NCBI GenBank assembly: GCA_964469525.1
Contig: CAYXYU010000001.1
Coordinates: forward strand, 266,144-330,143
DNA length: 64,000 nt
Direction: 5' to 3'
Source: an uncultured Rickettsiales bacterium
GTDB taxonomy: Bacteria > Pseudomonadota > Alphaproteobacteria > Rickettsiales > SXRF01
The notes under the pieces: generated by a model
What the model saw: the letters and a program-made list of their open reading frames with translations, nothing else
Told to the model about the DNA's origin: nothing
Database searches by the model: none
Part shown: piece after piece, positions 1 through 9,442 of the stretch
Layout: every line of letters starts with the position of its first letter
How positions within the stretch are numbered: the stretch's first letter is position 1
Made by a program: the position numbers and the translations under genes

Positions 1-99
1 GGATTTTTGGGGATTCTGGTCGGTTTCATGGTTTTAAGGGGCGAGTTGGAAAGGGCTAATTATTAACGGCAAAACGCGAGGCTGGCAAAGGGTTTTTCT

Positions 100-195
100 G
101 TCATCCTGAGCGAAGAGCGCAGGCCGTAGTCGAAGGATCTTTCTTTGCCACAAGGAAGTAAGATCCTTCGACTTGCTGCGCTTGCTCAGGATGAC
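100..195. repeat. Two-hairpin palindromic element of the GTCAT...ATGAC class, 96 bp
   Basis: The outer arms are GTCATCCTGAGCGAAGAGCGCAG (100-122) and CTGCGCTTGCTCAGGATGAC (176-195). The inner perfect stem is GTCGAAGGATCT (129-140) with AGATCCTTCGAC (161-172). The element overlaps the stop codon of the 186..968 gene. Confidence 0.8.
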
Positions 196-968
196 AAGTG
201 GAGCACCTCCTCCACTGCCTTGAGGATTACCTCCAACTGATGGGGCTCGGACAGGCGGTGGCCGCCGCCGCCCACCATTTCCAGTTCGATATCAGGAGAA
301 GTAATACACTCCATCAGCAGGTGCGACATGCGCCAGGGGACGTCCTTGTCGTCGGTGCCGTGCACCAGTCGCACCGGCACGGGGAATTCCATCCTGGTAT
401 CGAGCAGCAGGTGACTGCGCCCGTCCTCGATCAGCTGGCGTGTGATCGGGTACGGTTCGCTGCCGTAGCAATCGAGGATCAGCATACCCCCCTCTTCCAT
501 GAATTTCTGTTTCTCCTCATCGGAGAGCTTGTCCCAGATCAGCCGCTCGGTGAAATCGACGGCGCTGGCGATGCCGACCAGCCCCGCCACCTTTTCCGGC
601 CGCTCGCGGGCGACGAGGAACATCAGCCACGCGCCCATGCTGGAGCCGACCAGCACGACCGGCTCGTCGATGAAGCGGTCGAGCATGTTCAGCGTGTCGC
701 GCTTCCAGTAGCTGATTGTGCCCTGATGAAAAAGGCCGGTTGAGCGGCCATGGCCGGTATAGTCGAAGCGCAGGAAGCGCCGCTCCTGCTCCCTGCAAAA
801 ACTTTCCAGCGCCAGCGCCTTGCTGCCGGTCATGTCCGACTTGAAGCCGCCGAGGAACATCACACCCGGCGTCTTGCCTTCGGTCAGCACGTAGGCCAGC
901 CGGCGGCCGCTACCCATATCGAGGTAGGACGGTTCAGGGAGTTGGTTCTTGACGGAGGTGCTGTTCAT
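186..968 (-). CDS. Alpha/beta-fold hydrolase
   Basis: This is a 260-aa ORF with the nucleophile elbow GSSMG, HG after strand 3 (MFLGGFKSD) and a C-terminal GGGH. The last codons and the TGA stop lie inside the 100..195 repeat. Confidence 0.75.
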   Translation of the reverse strand: MNSTSVKNQLPEPSYLDMGSGRRLAYVLTEGKTPGVMFLGGFKSDMTGSKALALESFCREQERRFLRFDYTGHGRSTGLFHQGTISYWKRDTLNMLDRFIDEPVVLVGSSMGAWLMFLVARERPEKVAGLVGIASAVDFTERLIWDKLSDEEKQKFMEEGGMLILDCYGSEPYPITRQLIEDGRSHLLLDTRMEFPVPVRLVHGTDDKDVPWRMSHLLMECITSPDIELEMVGGGGHRLSEPHQLEVILKAVEEVLHLSS

Positions 969-1008
969 CTTTAGACCGTGTTAACGATTGTTATATATAA
1001 GGGAACGC

Positions 1009-2205
1009 ATGGAAACGCAAACAGCAACCCCGCATAAACCTCCGGTGATCTTGCAATTAGTGCCGGAACTGCGAGCCGGCGGTGTTGAGCGCGGCACGAT
1101 TGATATCGCCCGTGCCATCGTCAAAGCGGGTGGCGTCGCGCTGGTCGCTTCTGCCGGTGGGCCGCTGGCCAGCCAGCTGCACCACGCCAAGGCGATGCAT
1201 ATTACGCTTCCGCTCAACAGCAAAAATATCTTCACCCTGTGGCGCAACAGCCACCGCATTGCAAAACTGGTGCGGGAGCACAAGGTGGATATCATCCATG
1301 CCCGCTCGCGCGCACCGGCCTGGAGCGGATGGTGGGCGGCGAAGAAAACTGGCTGCCACTTTGTCACCACCTTTCACGGCACCTATGGGCTCAGCGGTCT
1401 GTTCAAGCGCCGCTACAACAGCATCATGACGCGCGGCGAGCGGGTCATCGCCGTGTCGAATTTTATCGCCGACCACATTCAGCAGAATTACACCATCCAT
1501 TCCGACCGACTGCGCGTCATCCACCGCGGTGTCGATCTCAAGCTGTTCAACCCGTTCGGCCATTCGCCGCAGCGCATGATCCAGCTGGCCAGGGAATGGC
1601 GACTGCCGGACGATCTTCCACTGGTGCTCTTTCCCGGCCGTATTACGCGCTGGAAGGGGCAGGATGTCTTCATCAAGGCGCTGGCACGCCTGCCTCACCG
1701 GCATTTCTTCGCCATTATTCTGGGCGATGCCAAAGGGCATGAATCTTATCGCAAGGAACTAGAGTCTCTGATCGTCAAGTCCAACCTGGGAGGACATGTA
1801 CGTATCGCCGAGCACACCAGTTATGTCATGGAGGCCTATATGCTGTCGCGGCTGGTAGTGGCGACGTCGATTGCTCCCGAGGCGTTTGGCCGCGTGGTGC
1901 TGGAGGCGCAGGCAATGGGTAAGCCGGTTATCGCCACTAACCATGGCGGCCCGTGCGAAACGGTGGTGCCGGAAGTGACCGGCTGGCTGGTGAAGCCGCG
2001 CGATGTGACAGAGCTGGCGGACGCCATCGGCAAAGCTCTGGCACTCGATGAGTCCACCATGCAGTGGATGGGTGAGGAAGCCTACGCCAGCGCCCAGCAT
2101 TTCTCCCTCGACATCATGTGTCGGCAGACGCTTGCTGTGTATGAAGAGGTGATGGGGATGGAGAGGAAATCCATCCCGGTCGACACTCAGGAAGAAGCGG
2201 CCTAG
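1009..2205 (+). CDS. Glycosyltransferase family 4 (GT1/GT-B fold)
   Basis: The ORF track starts at a TTG at 988, but the ATG at 1009 (METQ...) is preferred. The EX7E-type motif EAFGRVVLEAQAMGKPVIATNHGGPCETV is typical of group 1 glycosyltransferases. Confidence 0.75.
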   Translation: METQTATPHKPPVILQLVPELRAGGVERGTIDIARAIVKAGGVALVASAGGPLASQLHHAKAMHITLPLNSKNIFTLWRNSHRIAKLVREHKVDIIHARSRAPAWSGWWAAKKTGCHFVTTFHGTYGLSGLFKRRYNSIMTRGERVIAVSNFIADHIQQNYTIHSDRLRVIHRGVDLKLFNPFGHSPQRMIQLAREWRLPDDLPLVLFPGRITRWKGQDVFIKALARLPHRHFFAIILGDAKGHESYRKELESLIVKSNLGGHVRIAEHTSYVMEAYMLSRLVVATSIAPEAFGRVVLEAQAMGKPVIATNHGGPCETVVPEVTGWLVKPRDVTELADAIGKALALDESTMQWMGEEAYASAQHFSLDIMCRQTLAVYEEVMGMERKSIPVDTQEEAA

Positions 2206-3188
2206 TTCCTCCCCACCGCCTTACTCATCTCGAGCATGCGCTCCAGGGGCTTGCGGGCGCGGACCATCAAATCGGGGGGGAGTTCGATGGAAGGGGTTCG
2301 ATCGCGCATGCACGCGGCGATTTTTTCCATGGTATTGAGTTTCATAAACGGGCAGGTATTGCAGGAGACGCAGGCGCCGCTTCCCATCCCTGGCACGTCG
2401 TAGAAGATGCTGCCGGGGGAGCGTTTCTTCATCTCGTGGAAGATGCCGGGTTCGGTCAGCACGATGAATTCGCCGCCCGCATGCTCGGCGCTGAATCTGA
2501 TCAGTGAAGAAGTCGAGCCAATATGGGCTGCATGCTGCAAGAGATGCTCGGGGCATTCGGGATGGGCAATAACCTGCGCCTGCGGGTGGCGGACTTTCAG
2601 CTTGATCAGTTCCTGCTCGGAGAAGCGTTCATGCACGATGCAGGTACCGTTCCAGAGCAACATGTTGCGGCCGGTTTTCCTGTTGAGATAGGCGCCGAGG
2701 TATTTATCCGGCGCGAAGATGATTTTCTGATCTTTGGGCAGCTGATTGATGATTACCTCGGCGTTGCTCGATGTGACGATAATGTCGCTGAGCGCCTTGA
2801 TCTCCGCCGAACAGTTGATATAAGTGACCACCAGATGGTCGGGATGCTGGTCCTTGAATCTTTTAAAGGCGTCCGGCGGGCAGGAATCCTCAAGCGAGCA
2901 GCCGGCCTTGAGGTCGGGAATCAGCACCAGCTTGTCCGGATTTAATATCTTGGCCCCTTCCGCCATGAACTTCACTCCGCAGAAAACAATGACATCGGCA
3001 TCGGTGGCGCTGGCGCGGCGGGCAAGCTCCAGCGAATCGCCGACATAATCGGCAATGTCCTGGATGTCATCCTCCTGGTAATAATGCGCCAGGATGACGG
3101 CATTCATTTCCTTGCGCAGGCGGTGGATTTCCGACTCGGGGTCGGCAAATCTGGCCGCGGTAACGGATATGATTTCTGAAGGCTGCAT
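2202..3188 (-). CDS. nadA: Quinolinate synthase
   Basis: The 328-aa product carries ILAHYYQ, FCGVKFMAE, INCSAEIKA and HPECP motifs, plus a C-terminal CxxC-rich region. Confidence 0.9.
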   Translation of the reverse strand: MQPSEIISVTAARFADPESEIHRLRKEMNAVILAHYYQEDDIQDIADYVGDSLELARRASATDADVIVFCGVKFMAEGAKILNPDKLVLIPDLKAGCSLEDSCPPDAFKRFKDQHPDHLVVTYINCSAEIKALSDIIVTSSNAEVIINQLPKDQKIIFAPDKYLGAYLNRKTGRNMLLWNGTCIVHERFSEQELIKLKVRHPQAQVIAHPECPEHLLQHAAHIGSTSSLIRFSAEHAGGEFIVLTEPGIFHEMKKRSPGSIFYDVPGMGSGACVSCNTCPFMKLNTMEKIAACMRDRTPSIELPPDLMVRARKPLERMLEMSKAVGRN

Positions 3189-3236
3189 AAGATAAATATA
3201 GGGGTAAAGGTTAATTTATTAAAGGGCTTTCCTCTT

Positions 3237-3331
3237 GTCATCACCCCAATCGCGTTAGCGATTCTAGGATGGTCAAAATTATATAGAAGTTGGATTCCCC
3301 TAGAATTTGCTGTGCAAATTCGGGGAATGAT
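3237..3331. repeat. Two-module palindromic element of the GTCAT...ATGA class
   Basis: Module 1 is GTCATCACCCCAATCGCGTTAGCGATTCTAGGATGG. Module 2 is GGATTCCCCTAGAATTTGCTGTGCAAATTCGGGGAATGA. The same two modules recur at 8999, 31126 and, inverted, at 43843. The element ends 6 nt from the gpsA stop. Confidence 0.85.
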
Positions 3332-3337
3332 GTTCCC

Positions 3338-4345
3338 TCATATCCCCTCGCTTACGAAGGGCCTTTCCAGGAGGCTTTCCACCACCCGGTCAACGGGGGC
3401 GTTCTCGTAGAGGATGCGGTACACGGCGTCGCAGATCGGCATGTTGAGGTCGAATTTATGGGCCAGCTTGCTGACCGACTCGGCAGCTACCACCCCCTCG
3501 GTGGCTCCCCTTCCCCTTCCGGAAAGTATTTCCTCCTTGCTGCGCCCTTGCCCAATGGCAATGCCGAACGACATGTTGCGCGATTTGGTGCTACCGCAGG
3601 TCAGGATCAAATCCCCGAGCCCCGAAAGCCCCATCAGCGTTTCATACTGCCCCCCCTTGGCGATCGCCAGACGCGCCATCTCGGCGAAGCCGCGCGTCAC
3701 CAGTGCGGCGCGGGCGTTCTCCCCGAATCTTTTGCCGATGGCGATGCCGCAGGCGATGGCGATAACGTTCTTCACCGCACCGCCGATCTGGGCGCCGATG
3801 ATGTCGGTAGTCATGTAGGGGCGGAACAGGCGCCCGCCGAGAGCATAGATCAGCATATCCCACACGGCTTCCTCCTGGCAGGCGATGGTGGTGGCGGTAG
3901 GCAGGCCGCGCGCAGCTTCGTCGGCGAAATTCGGGCCTGAGATAATGGCAATAGGGTTATGCGGCAGGATCGACTGCGTCACTTCGCTCATCAGCATCAG
4001 GCTGCCGCGCTCAATGCCCTTGCTGGCGATCGCGATCGGCACATCGGTAGCGATCAGGTCAGAGATGGCGATGCAGACCGTGCGCAATACATGCGAAGGC
4101 GTGGCAATCACTACCAGATCGCTGCGGCAGACATCGTTGAAGCGATCGGTGACGATGAGGTCGGGATCGATGAAGACCGACGGTAAATAAATATCGTTGA
4201 CGCGGTGCTCGCGGATGGATTGGATGACATGATGGTTACGCGTACCGAGCAATACTTCACTGCCGGCGCGATTTGCAAGGATGGCGAGCCCTGTACCCCA
4301 AGCGCCGCCGCCGATAACGCCGACGCGATAACGGCCGCTTTCCAT
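3338..4345 (-). CDS. gpsA: NAD(P)H-dependent glycerol-3-phosphate dehydrogenase
   Basis: The product has a GVIGGGAWGT Rossmann motif and GpsA-like GLxGLGDLxLTC and NxPIxxAVY motifs. The start is taken at the ATG at 4345, which forms a TAATG overlap with the virB9 stop. The 353-aa track ORF extends further upstream. Confidence 0.88.
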   Translation of the reverse strand: MESGRYRVGVIGGGAWGTGLAILANRAGSEVLLGTRNHHVIQSIREHRVNDIYLPSVFIDPDLIVTDRFNDVCRSDLVVIATPSHVLRTVCIAISDLIATDVPIAIASKGIERGSLMLMSEVTQSILPHNPIAIISGPNFADEAARGLPTATTIACQEEAVWDMLIYALGGRLFRPYMTTDIIGAQIGGAVKNVIAIACGIAIGKRFGENARAALVTRGFAEMARLAIAKGGQYETLMGLSGLGDLILTCGSTKSRNMSFGIAIGQGRSKEEILSGRGRGATEGVVAAESVSKLAHKFDLNMPICDAVYRILYENAPVDRVVESLLERPFVSEGI

Positions 4346-5112
4346 TACTGGTTGGCGGCTAGCCGCTTGGGCGCCCGCATCGCTTCGTTGAAAACGCACA
4401 CGATGTCCTTGCCGTGCCGCAGGGTGAAGCGCTCGCCCACGCGCTCGATCACAATATAATCGCCCCGGGTACGGTAGTTGATCAGCGATTCTTCCCCAGT
4501 ATCAGACACGAGGAAGAAGGCCGGGATATCGGCATTCTTGTTCTTGAATTGGAAATAGGTGAACTGCCCGTCGTCGAAGATCTTGATCGGCGCAATCAGA
4601 TCGGTGCCGGAGATGGTGTAATTGAAGTTATAGCCTCCCGCGTCCCGGACCGGGTCGGGAATCGGCACGGAATCCAGATAATTGCTGACCGTCGCCATAT
4701 CCTGCCCGTCGGGATAGATAAAGCGCATAATGAAGATCATGTCAGGATCTTCGATGCTATTGGTCTCACGCCCGTGCAGCTCGAACAGGTAAGTATGGCG
4801 GTTGGTGATGATGGTCATGTTGGTGGTGGCATCCTGATCAACCGGCTTCAGGAAGAGCCGGTTGCCGGAAGGATTCAGCATCCAGGCGGTGGAGTCACCC
4901 ATGGAGATGGTTGCGATTTCCTCCCCCTGCCCGAACTCGATAGCCGACTGGAAGCGATAATGCCCGGTAAAGCGGTATACCTGATCGGGCTGGTACATGA
5001 CAATGCGCACGCGGTGATCAAGCTGAATAGGGCGTGGCTCGCGTGCGGCCTGCGCGACTGAGGGTAAGGCAAGTGCCACCAGTAACAGCATATATAGTGA
5101 TATGGTTCTCAT
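4345..5112 (-). CDS. virB9: Type IV secretion system protein VirB9 (CagX/TrbG family)
   Basis: The 255-aa product has the signal peptide MRTISLYMLLLVALALPSVAQA. The N-domain reads VYRFTGHYRFQSAIEFGQGEEIATISMGDSTAWML...LFLKP...TNMTIITNRHTYLFEL. The C-domain reads IFDDGQFTYFQF...PAFFLV...INYR... Confidence 0.82.
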   Translation of the reverse strand: MRTISLYMLLLVALALPSVAQAAREPRPIQLDHRVRIVMYQPDQVYRFTGHYRFQSAIEFGQGEEIATISMGDSTAWMLNPSGNRLFLKPVDQDATTNMTIITNRHTYLFELHGRETNSIEDPDMIFIMRFIYPDGQDMATVSNYLDSVPIPDPVRDAGGYNFNYTISGTDLIAPIKIFDDGQFTYFQFKNKNADIPAFFLVSDTGEESLINYRTRGDYIVIERVGERFTLRHGKDIVCVFNEAMRAPKRLAANQ

Positions 5113-5819
5113 TATCCTTCCTGCATCCGCTTGTTGCGGTATTGGGTGACGATGAAGTTAATGGGCTTCACCTTGTCCGTTTCCTCATCCAAAGTAACGC
5201 CATTATATTCAAAATCAATCGTTGCCTGCCACATTGTGGTTTTAATGCCTGTTGGCCCTTCCACGATTGCCTCATAGGTAACTTCCATGGCATTCTGCTC
5301 CGGCAACCGCTTCGAGGATACGACCCTGATACTGCGGCGCGAGTGGCGCTGATAAAGCGCGATGGGGCTGTCGGGACTGCGCGGGTCGATGGCCTGCTGG
5401 AATTCGCGGAACACGCCTTCCGTGCTCTGGCTCCTGATGCCGCTGATGTTGCGGTCGAACGATTCGATATCGTAGCTTTCGCGGAAGGTGACATAGTTGT
5501 TCACCAGAAAGCGCAGCATCGCTGCGCTCGGGTCTTCGCCCTTGTACGCCAGCATACTGATTCGCGGCAGGTCGTCGACGATATTGTTGCTGTTGACAAT
5601 GAATGGAACGGCGCTACTCAACGGGTATAACCCTCGCGCGGCGATAACGGCAACGAACAGAATCATGCCTGCGATGGCGGTGATGGCGATGTACAGATAG
5701 CGCTCGGCCATGGGGTCGTGCACGGCCAGGTCATACATGCTGCGCGCTTCGCGGAAATACTCACCGGTACGAACTTTTTCAGCGATTTCAAGATATTCTT
5801 CCGGCGGTTTTTGTTCCAT
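5112..5819 (-). CDS. virB8: Type IV secretion system protein VirB8
   Basis: There is a single TM segment (YLYIAITAIAGMILFVAVIAA) followed by a VirB8-like periplasmic domain (FLVNNYVTFRESYD). The stop overlaps the virB9 start as TAATG at 5110-5114. The start is uncertain, either the ATG at 5819 (MEQKPP) or at 5906. Confidence 0.75.
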   Translation of the reverse strand: MEQKPPEEYLEIAEKVRTGEYFREARSMYDLAVHDPMAERYLYIAITAIAGMILFVAVIAARGLYPLSSAVPFIVNSNNIVDDLPRISMLAYKGEDPSAAMLRFLVNNYVTFRESYDIESFDRNISGIRSQSTEGVFREFQQAIDPRSPDSPIALYQRHSRRSIRVVSSKRLPEQNAMEVTYEAIVEGPTGIKTTMWQATIDFEYNGVTLDEETDKVKPINFIVTQYRNKRMQEG

Positions 5820-5929
5820 AGCGCGACTATACAATAAAAGCCTGAAAAACACTACGTTTTTGTTGTTGACGGGGGGCATGGCGAACGGTTTAATCAGTCC
5901 CGTCATGCGAAATTTGTAAGCATTATCCC

Positions 5930-6103
5930 ATGGAAAAGTTAACAGAAGTTTTCGCTATGGGCGGTTATGCCGCCTATGTCTGGCCGTCTTTCCTGCTGAC
6001 GGCGCTGGTTCTCGCGGGCATGATCGCCGCAAGTATCCAACGTCTGCGCGTGGCGCAGAGAATTCTGTGTAAACTTCAATCTTCCTCGGGCGATGAAGCC
6101 TAA
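5930..6103 (+). CDS. ccmD: Heme exporter protein CcmD (small ORF, absent from the ORF track)
   Basis: Hand translation gives MEKLTEVFAMGGYAAYVWPSFLLTALVLAGMIAASIQRLRVAQRILCKLQSSSGDEA (57 aa). It contains the CcmD signature FAMGGYAxYVW followed by one TM helix. It overlaps the ccmE start by 11 nt. Confidence 0.8.
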   Translation: MEKLTEVFAMGGYAAYVWPSFLLTALVLAGMIAASIQRLRVAQRILCKLQSSSGDEA

Positions 6104-6521
6104 ACACCAGCGGCTGGTTTTCGTCGCTGTCAGCGTGGTTCTGCTGATTGTCGCGGCATTGCTTATTACCCGCGCTTTTCGTGATAACCTGATATTTTTT
6201 TATAGCCCTTCCGAACTTCCGGCGTCTGTATCGAAGGACCGGCTTATCCGGATCGGTGGGCTGGTGGAGAGCGGCAGTATCGTTAAAACCAATGAGGAGA
6301 TACGCTTCAAGGTGACCGACGGCGCAGGCAGCATTACCGTCCGATTCCAGGGCCTTCCCCCCAATCTCTTTCGCGAGGGACAGGGGGTAGTGGCGGAAGG
6401 ATACCGAAAGGCTGACGGTACGTTCCGCGCAACCCGTATCCTCGCCAAGCACGACGAGCGGTACATGCCACCGGAAGTCGCCGAGGCGCTCAAGCGCACC
6501 GGCCGCTGGCAGGGGGAGTAA
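6093..6521 (+). CDS. ccmE: Cytochrome c-type biogenesis heme chaperone CcmE
   Basis: The 142-aa product has an N-terminal TM anchor, an OB-fold region (IRIGGLVESGSI) and the C-terminal heme-binding His context AKHDERYMPPEV. Confidence 0.9.
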   Translation: MKPKHQRLVFVAVSVVLLIVAALLITRAFRDNLIFFYSPSELPASVSKDRLIRIGGLVESGSIVKTNEEIRFKVTDGAGSITVRFQGLPPNLFREGQGVVAEGYRKADGTFRATRILAKHDERYMPPEVAEALKRTGRWQGE

Positions 6522-6523
6522 AC

Positions 6524-8440
6524 GTGGCTGCCGAGTTGGGCTTGTTTTTCCTCATCATCGCTTTATTGACTGCCTGCATGCAGGCGGCGCTGCTGCTGCC
6601 GCTTTCCTCGCTGCAGGCGGTGGCAGCACAGGCGCTACGGCCAGCTGCCTGGCTGCAGGTAGTCTGCATCACGCTGGCGCTGGCAGTGCTCGTTACGCTT
6701 AGGCTCGATTCGGATTTCACCGTCAGCAATGTGGCGTCGCATTCCAACCTGACACTGCCGGTGCTGTATAAAGTGGTTGGTGCATGGGGCAATCATGAGG
6801 GTTCCATGCTGCTGTGGGTATGGGTGTTGGCGGCGTTCGGGGCGGCGCTGGCGAGTAACATCAGGCCAGAGGCATGCGGCACGAGGGATGAGAATGCAGC
6901 TCACTCGTCCCTCATGCCGCATGCCTCGTGGCTTGGGTCTGCCCTCGCCGTGCAGGCATTACTGGCTGCCGGGTTTCTGCTGTTCATCCTATTCACTTCC
7001 AATCCCTTCGAGCGGATCTTTCCGCCGCCACCGGATGGAGCTGCGCTGAATCCGCTGCTGCAGGACGTGGCGCTCGCCATGCACCCGCCCCTGCTCTATC
7101 TAGGCTATGTGGGTTTTTCCATCGTGTTCTCGCTGGCGGTGGCGGCGCTGCTCCACAAGGAAAAGGTTGAGGAATTCATGCGCCGATGGGCTGTCATTGC
7201 CCATCCATGGATACTGGCATCGTGGAGCGCACTGACGGTAGGTATCGGACTAGGTAGCTGGTGGGCTTATCGCGTGCTCGGCTGGGGCGGCTTCTGGTTC
7301 TGGGACCCGGTGGAGAATGTATCGCTATTGCCATGGTTGGCGGGAACAGCACTGCTGCATTCTAACATCGTGCTGAAGAAACGCGGAGCGCTGGCTTCCT
7401 GGGTGCTGCTGCTCGCTATTGTTACTTTCGGCATGAGCCTTATCGGCACCTTCCTGGTACGGGCGGGCGTGCTTACTTCGGTGCACAGTTTCGCCAGTGA
7501 TCCCACGCGCGGCCTTTTCATCCTCACTTATATCATCCTTGTCGTCGGGACTGCCCTGGGGCTGTTCGCACGGCGAGCCAACCCAAATACACCGCTGGAG
7601 GAAGCAGTGCCGCCGTTGTCACGCAGCGGACTGATTGTCGTCAACAACCTGTTCCTGCTAGCGGCCTGCGCCACCGTGCTGCTTGGCACGCTCTATCCGA
7701 TGGTCGCGCAGTGGCTGGGCGACAGCGTCAGCGTGGGGCCACCATATTTCAATGCCACCGTACTGCCGATTATGGCGATTCCGCTGCTCGTTGCCGGGTT
7801 GGCACCCTACCTGCACTGGAAACAAGCGCCCGTCCGCTACGCTTTGCGTGCCGCGCAGCCCGCGCTGCTGGCAGTGTTGGCAACCATCTTGCTCGCGTTG
7901 ATGCTGGCGGAACGCGAAGTGCTGCTGTCGTCGCTCGGGCTGGGGCTGGCGGCGTGGTTACTGGCGGCGAGCCTGCGCTGGATAAAGGAAAAGCGTGCAT
8001 GGTCGGTGTTGCTCGGCCATATCGGGATGGCGGTGCTGGCGGCAGGAATCACCGGTGCGGGACTATGGAAGGTCGAGGCGGAACAACGGATGGCGCCGGG
8101 GGAAACTCTGGAAATCGCCGGGCATAGCATTCGCTTCGAGGCGCATGAGCCGGTGCATACGTCGAATCACCATGGCTGGCGCGGCCGCTTTACGCTGGAT
8201 GGGGTATTATTGGAGCCCGAGTACCGGATCTATGCCATTGCTGGCAACCAGATCAGCATTCCCGCCATCGACAGCTCGCTTATGCGTGATATGTATATTG
8301 TCATTGGCGAAACAACCAATGGGCGCACAGCGGTAAGAGCCTATGTCAACCCGCTGATCGGTTTAATCTGGGGAGGCATCGCGTTGATGGCGCTGGGAGG
8401 TATAATGGGGTTGCGGCAATGTTTGCGGAGGCGGTCATGA
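6524..8440 (+). CDS. ccmF: Cytochrome c heme lyase subunit CcmF
   Basis: The 638-aa polytopic protein starts at a GTG. It carries the WWAYRVLGWGGFWFWDPVEN tryptophan-rich (WWD) motif. Confidence 0.9.
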   Translation: MAAELGLFFLIIALLTACMQAALLLPLSSLQAVAAQALRPAAWLQVVCITLALAVLVTLRLDSDFTVSNVASHSNLTLPVLYKVVGAWGNHEGSMLLWVWVLAAFGAALASNIRPEACGTRDENAAHSSLMPHASWLGSALAVQALLAAGFLLFILFTSNPFERIFPPPPDGAALNPLLQDVALAMHPPLLYLGYVGFSIVFSLAVAALLHKEKVEEFMRRWAVIAHPWILASWSALTVGIGLGSWWAYRVLGWGGFWFWDPVENVSLLPWLAGTALLHSNIVLKKRGALASWVLLLAIVTFGMSLIGTFLVRAGVLTSVHSFASDPTRGLFILTYIILVVGTALGLFARRANPNTPLEEAVPPLSRSGLIVVNNLFLLAACATVLLGTLYPMVAQWLGDSVSVGPPYFNATVLPIMAIPLLVAGLAPYLHWKQAPVRYALRAAQPALLAVLATILLALMLAEREVLLSSLGLGLAAWLLAASLRWIKEKRAWSVLLGHIGMAVLAAGITGAGLWKVEAEQRMAPGETLEIAGHSIRFEAHEPVHTSNHHGWRGRFTLDGVLLEPEYRIYAIAGNQISIPAIDSSLMRDMYIVIGETTNGRTAVRAYVNPLIGLIWGGIALMALGGIMGLRQCLRRRS

Positions 8441-8988
8441 ACCCATGGTTTAGGCTTATCCCGCTCGGGATACTGTTTCTGCTGGCATTGGTGCTGGCCA
8501 GTGGGTTGCTTAACAGCGAGCAGCCCAAAAAAACAGTCAGCCTAGTGGGATATCATGCCGCGCCTTTTTCCGTGCCGACGTTGCCCGTAGCAGGTCAGGC
8601 AGCGGGGAAAATGTCGCCGGATACCTGGCGCGGGGAGATTGCTGTGCTGAATGTCTTTGCTTCCTGGTGCGAGCCGTGCGCGAGCGAACATCCGGTGATG
8701 ATGCGGCTGGCGCAGGCTAGCAAGGTCCCGGTGTACGGACTGGCATGGAAAGATACGCCGGAAAAGGTCTCGGCGTGGCTTAGCGCACGCGGTAACCCGT
8801 ACCAGGTAATCGGCATTGACAGCGGTGGAAGATCTACCATTCCGCTGGCGCTAACAGGTGTGCCGGAGACGTTACTGTTCGATGAGGAGGGAAGCGTGGT
8901 GTATCACCATAAATCTGCCATCGACGATGAAACCGTGGATAAGGTACTACTACCGCTGGTGGAGAAGCTGCGTGCGGGCGAGCTTTAG
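8437..8988 (+). CDS. ccmG: Thiol:disulfide oxidoreductase CcmG/DsbE
   Basis: The product is thioredoxin-like, with the WCEPC active site and a GVPETLLF motif. The start is taken at the ATG at 8437, which forms an ATGA overlap with the ccmF stop. Confidence 0.88.
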   Translation: MNPWFRLIPLGILFLLALVLASGLLNSEQPKKTVSLVGYHAAPFSVPTLPVAGQAAGKMSPDTWRGEIAVLNVFASWCEPCASEHPVMMRLAQASKVPVYGLAWKDTPEKVSAWLSARGNPYQVIGIDSGGRSTIPLALTGVPETLLFDEEGSVVYHHKSAIDDETVDKVLLPLVEKLRAGEL

Positions 8989-8998
8989 TTATTTGTCC

Positions 8999-9084
8999 GT
9001 CATCATCCGAATCGCTTTGGCGATTCTATGGCGATCCAGGAACTGGATTCCCCTAGGATTTGCCGTGCAAATCGGGGGAATAAC
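8999..9084. repeat. Two-module palindromic element, same family as 3237..3331
   Basis: The sequence is GTCATCATCCGAATCGCTTTGGCGATTCTATGG followed by GGATTCCCCTAGGATTTGCCGTGCAAATCGGGGGAATAAC. It starts 10 nt after the ccmG stop and runs into the 5' end of ccmH. Confidence 0.85.
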
Positions 9085-9442
9085 GATCGTTTTGGTTTTA
9101 ACTGCCAGCGCCCATGCCCTGACCGTCGATACCCCCCTGCCCGACCTGGCGCAGGAAGCACGGGCGCGGGCGCTGTTCCATGACCTGCGCTGCATGGTCT
9201 GTCAAGGGGAGTCGATCGCCGATTCGCCTGCCGAAGTGGCGTCCGACATGCGCCGTACCGTGCGCGAGCGTATTGCCGGGGGCGATTCGGATGCGGCCAT
9301 CAAGCAGTATCTGGCGTCGCGCTACGGCGACGCGGTGCTGATGCGTCCGCCACTCCGGGTGAGCACCTGGGCACTATGGTTCGGGCCGCTGCTGATCCTG
9401 CTGGCGGGCGGATGGATGGCCCGGCGGGTGCTGAGGAAATAA
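9065..9442 (+). CDS. ccmH: Cytochrome c-type biogenesis protein CcmH
   Basis: The product has the LRCMVCQGESIADSPAEVASDMR motif (CxxC) and a C-terminal TM segment. The start is uncertain. The in-frame candidates are the GTG at 9065 and the TTG at 9017, and both lie inside the repeat. The ATG at 8858 would overlap ccmG by 130 nt and is rejected. Confidence 0.75.
   Translation: MQIGGITIVLVLTASAHALTVDTPLPDLAQEARARALFHDLRCMVCQGESIADSPAEVASDMRRTVRERIAGGDSDAAIKQYLASRYGDAVLMRPPLRVSTWALWFGPLLILLAGGWMARRVLRK

Noticed and set aside
1-28. A possible gene start (ATG at 28, minus strand, MKPTRIPKN...) leaving the window.
   Set aside because: Only nine codons are visible and there is no convincing Shine-Dalgarno sequence, so it cannot be supported.
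2202-2205. Convergent genes sharing overlapping stop codons (GT4/nadA at 2202-2205, and ccmI/pheA at 10071-10074).
   Set aside because: The overlaps are real, but they are an ordinary consequence of compact gene packing. No further signal was seen.
8858-9064. The ATG at 8858 as the ccmH start (194-aa ORF).
   Set aside because: It would overlap ccmG by 130 nt in another frame and translate the whole repeat element. CcmH homology begins only after the repeat.
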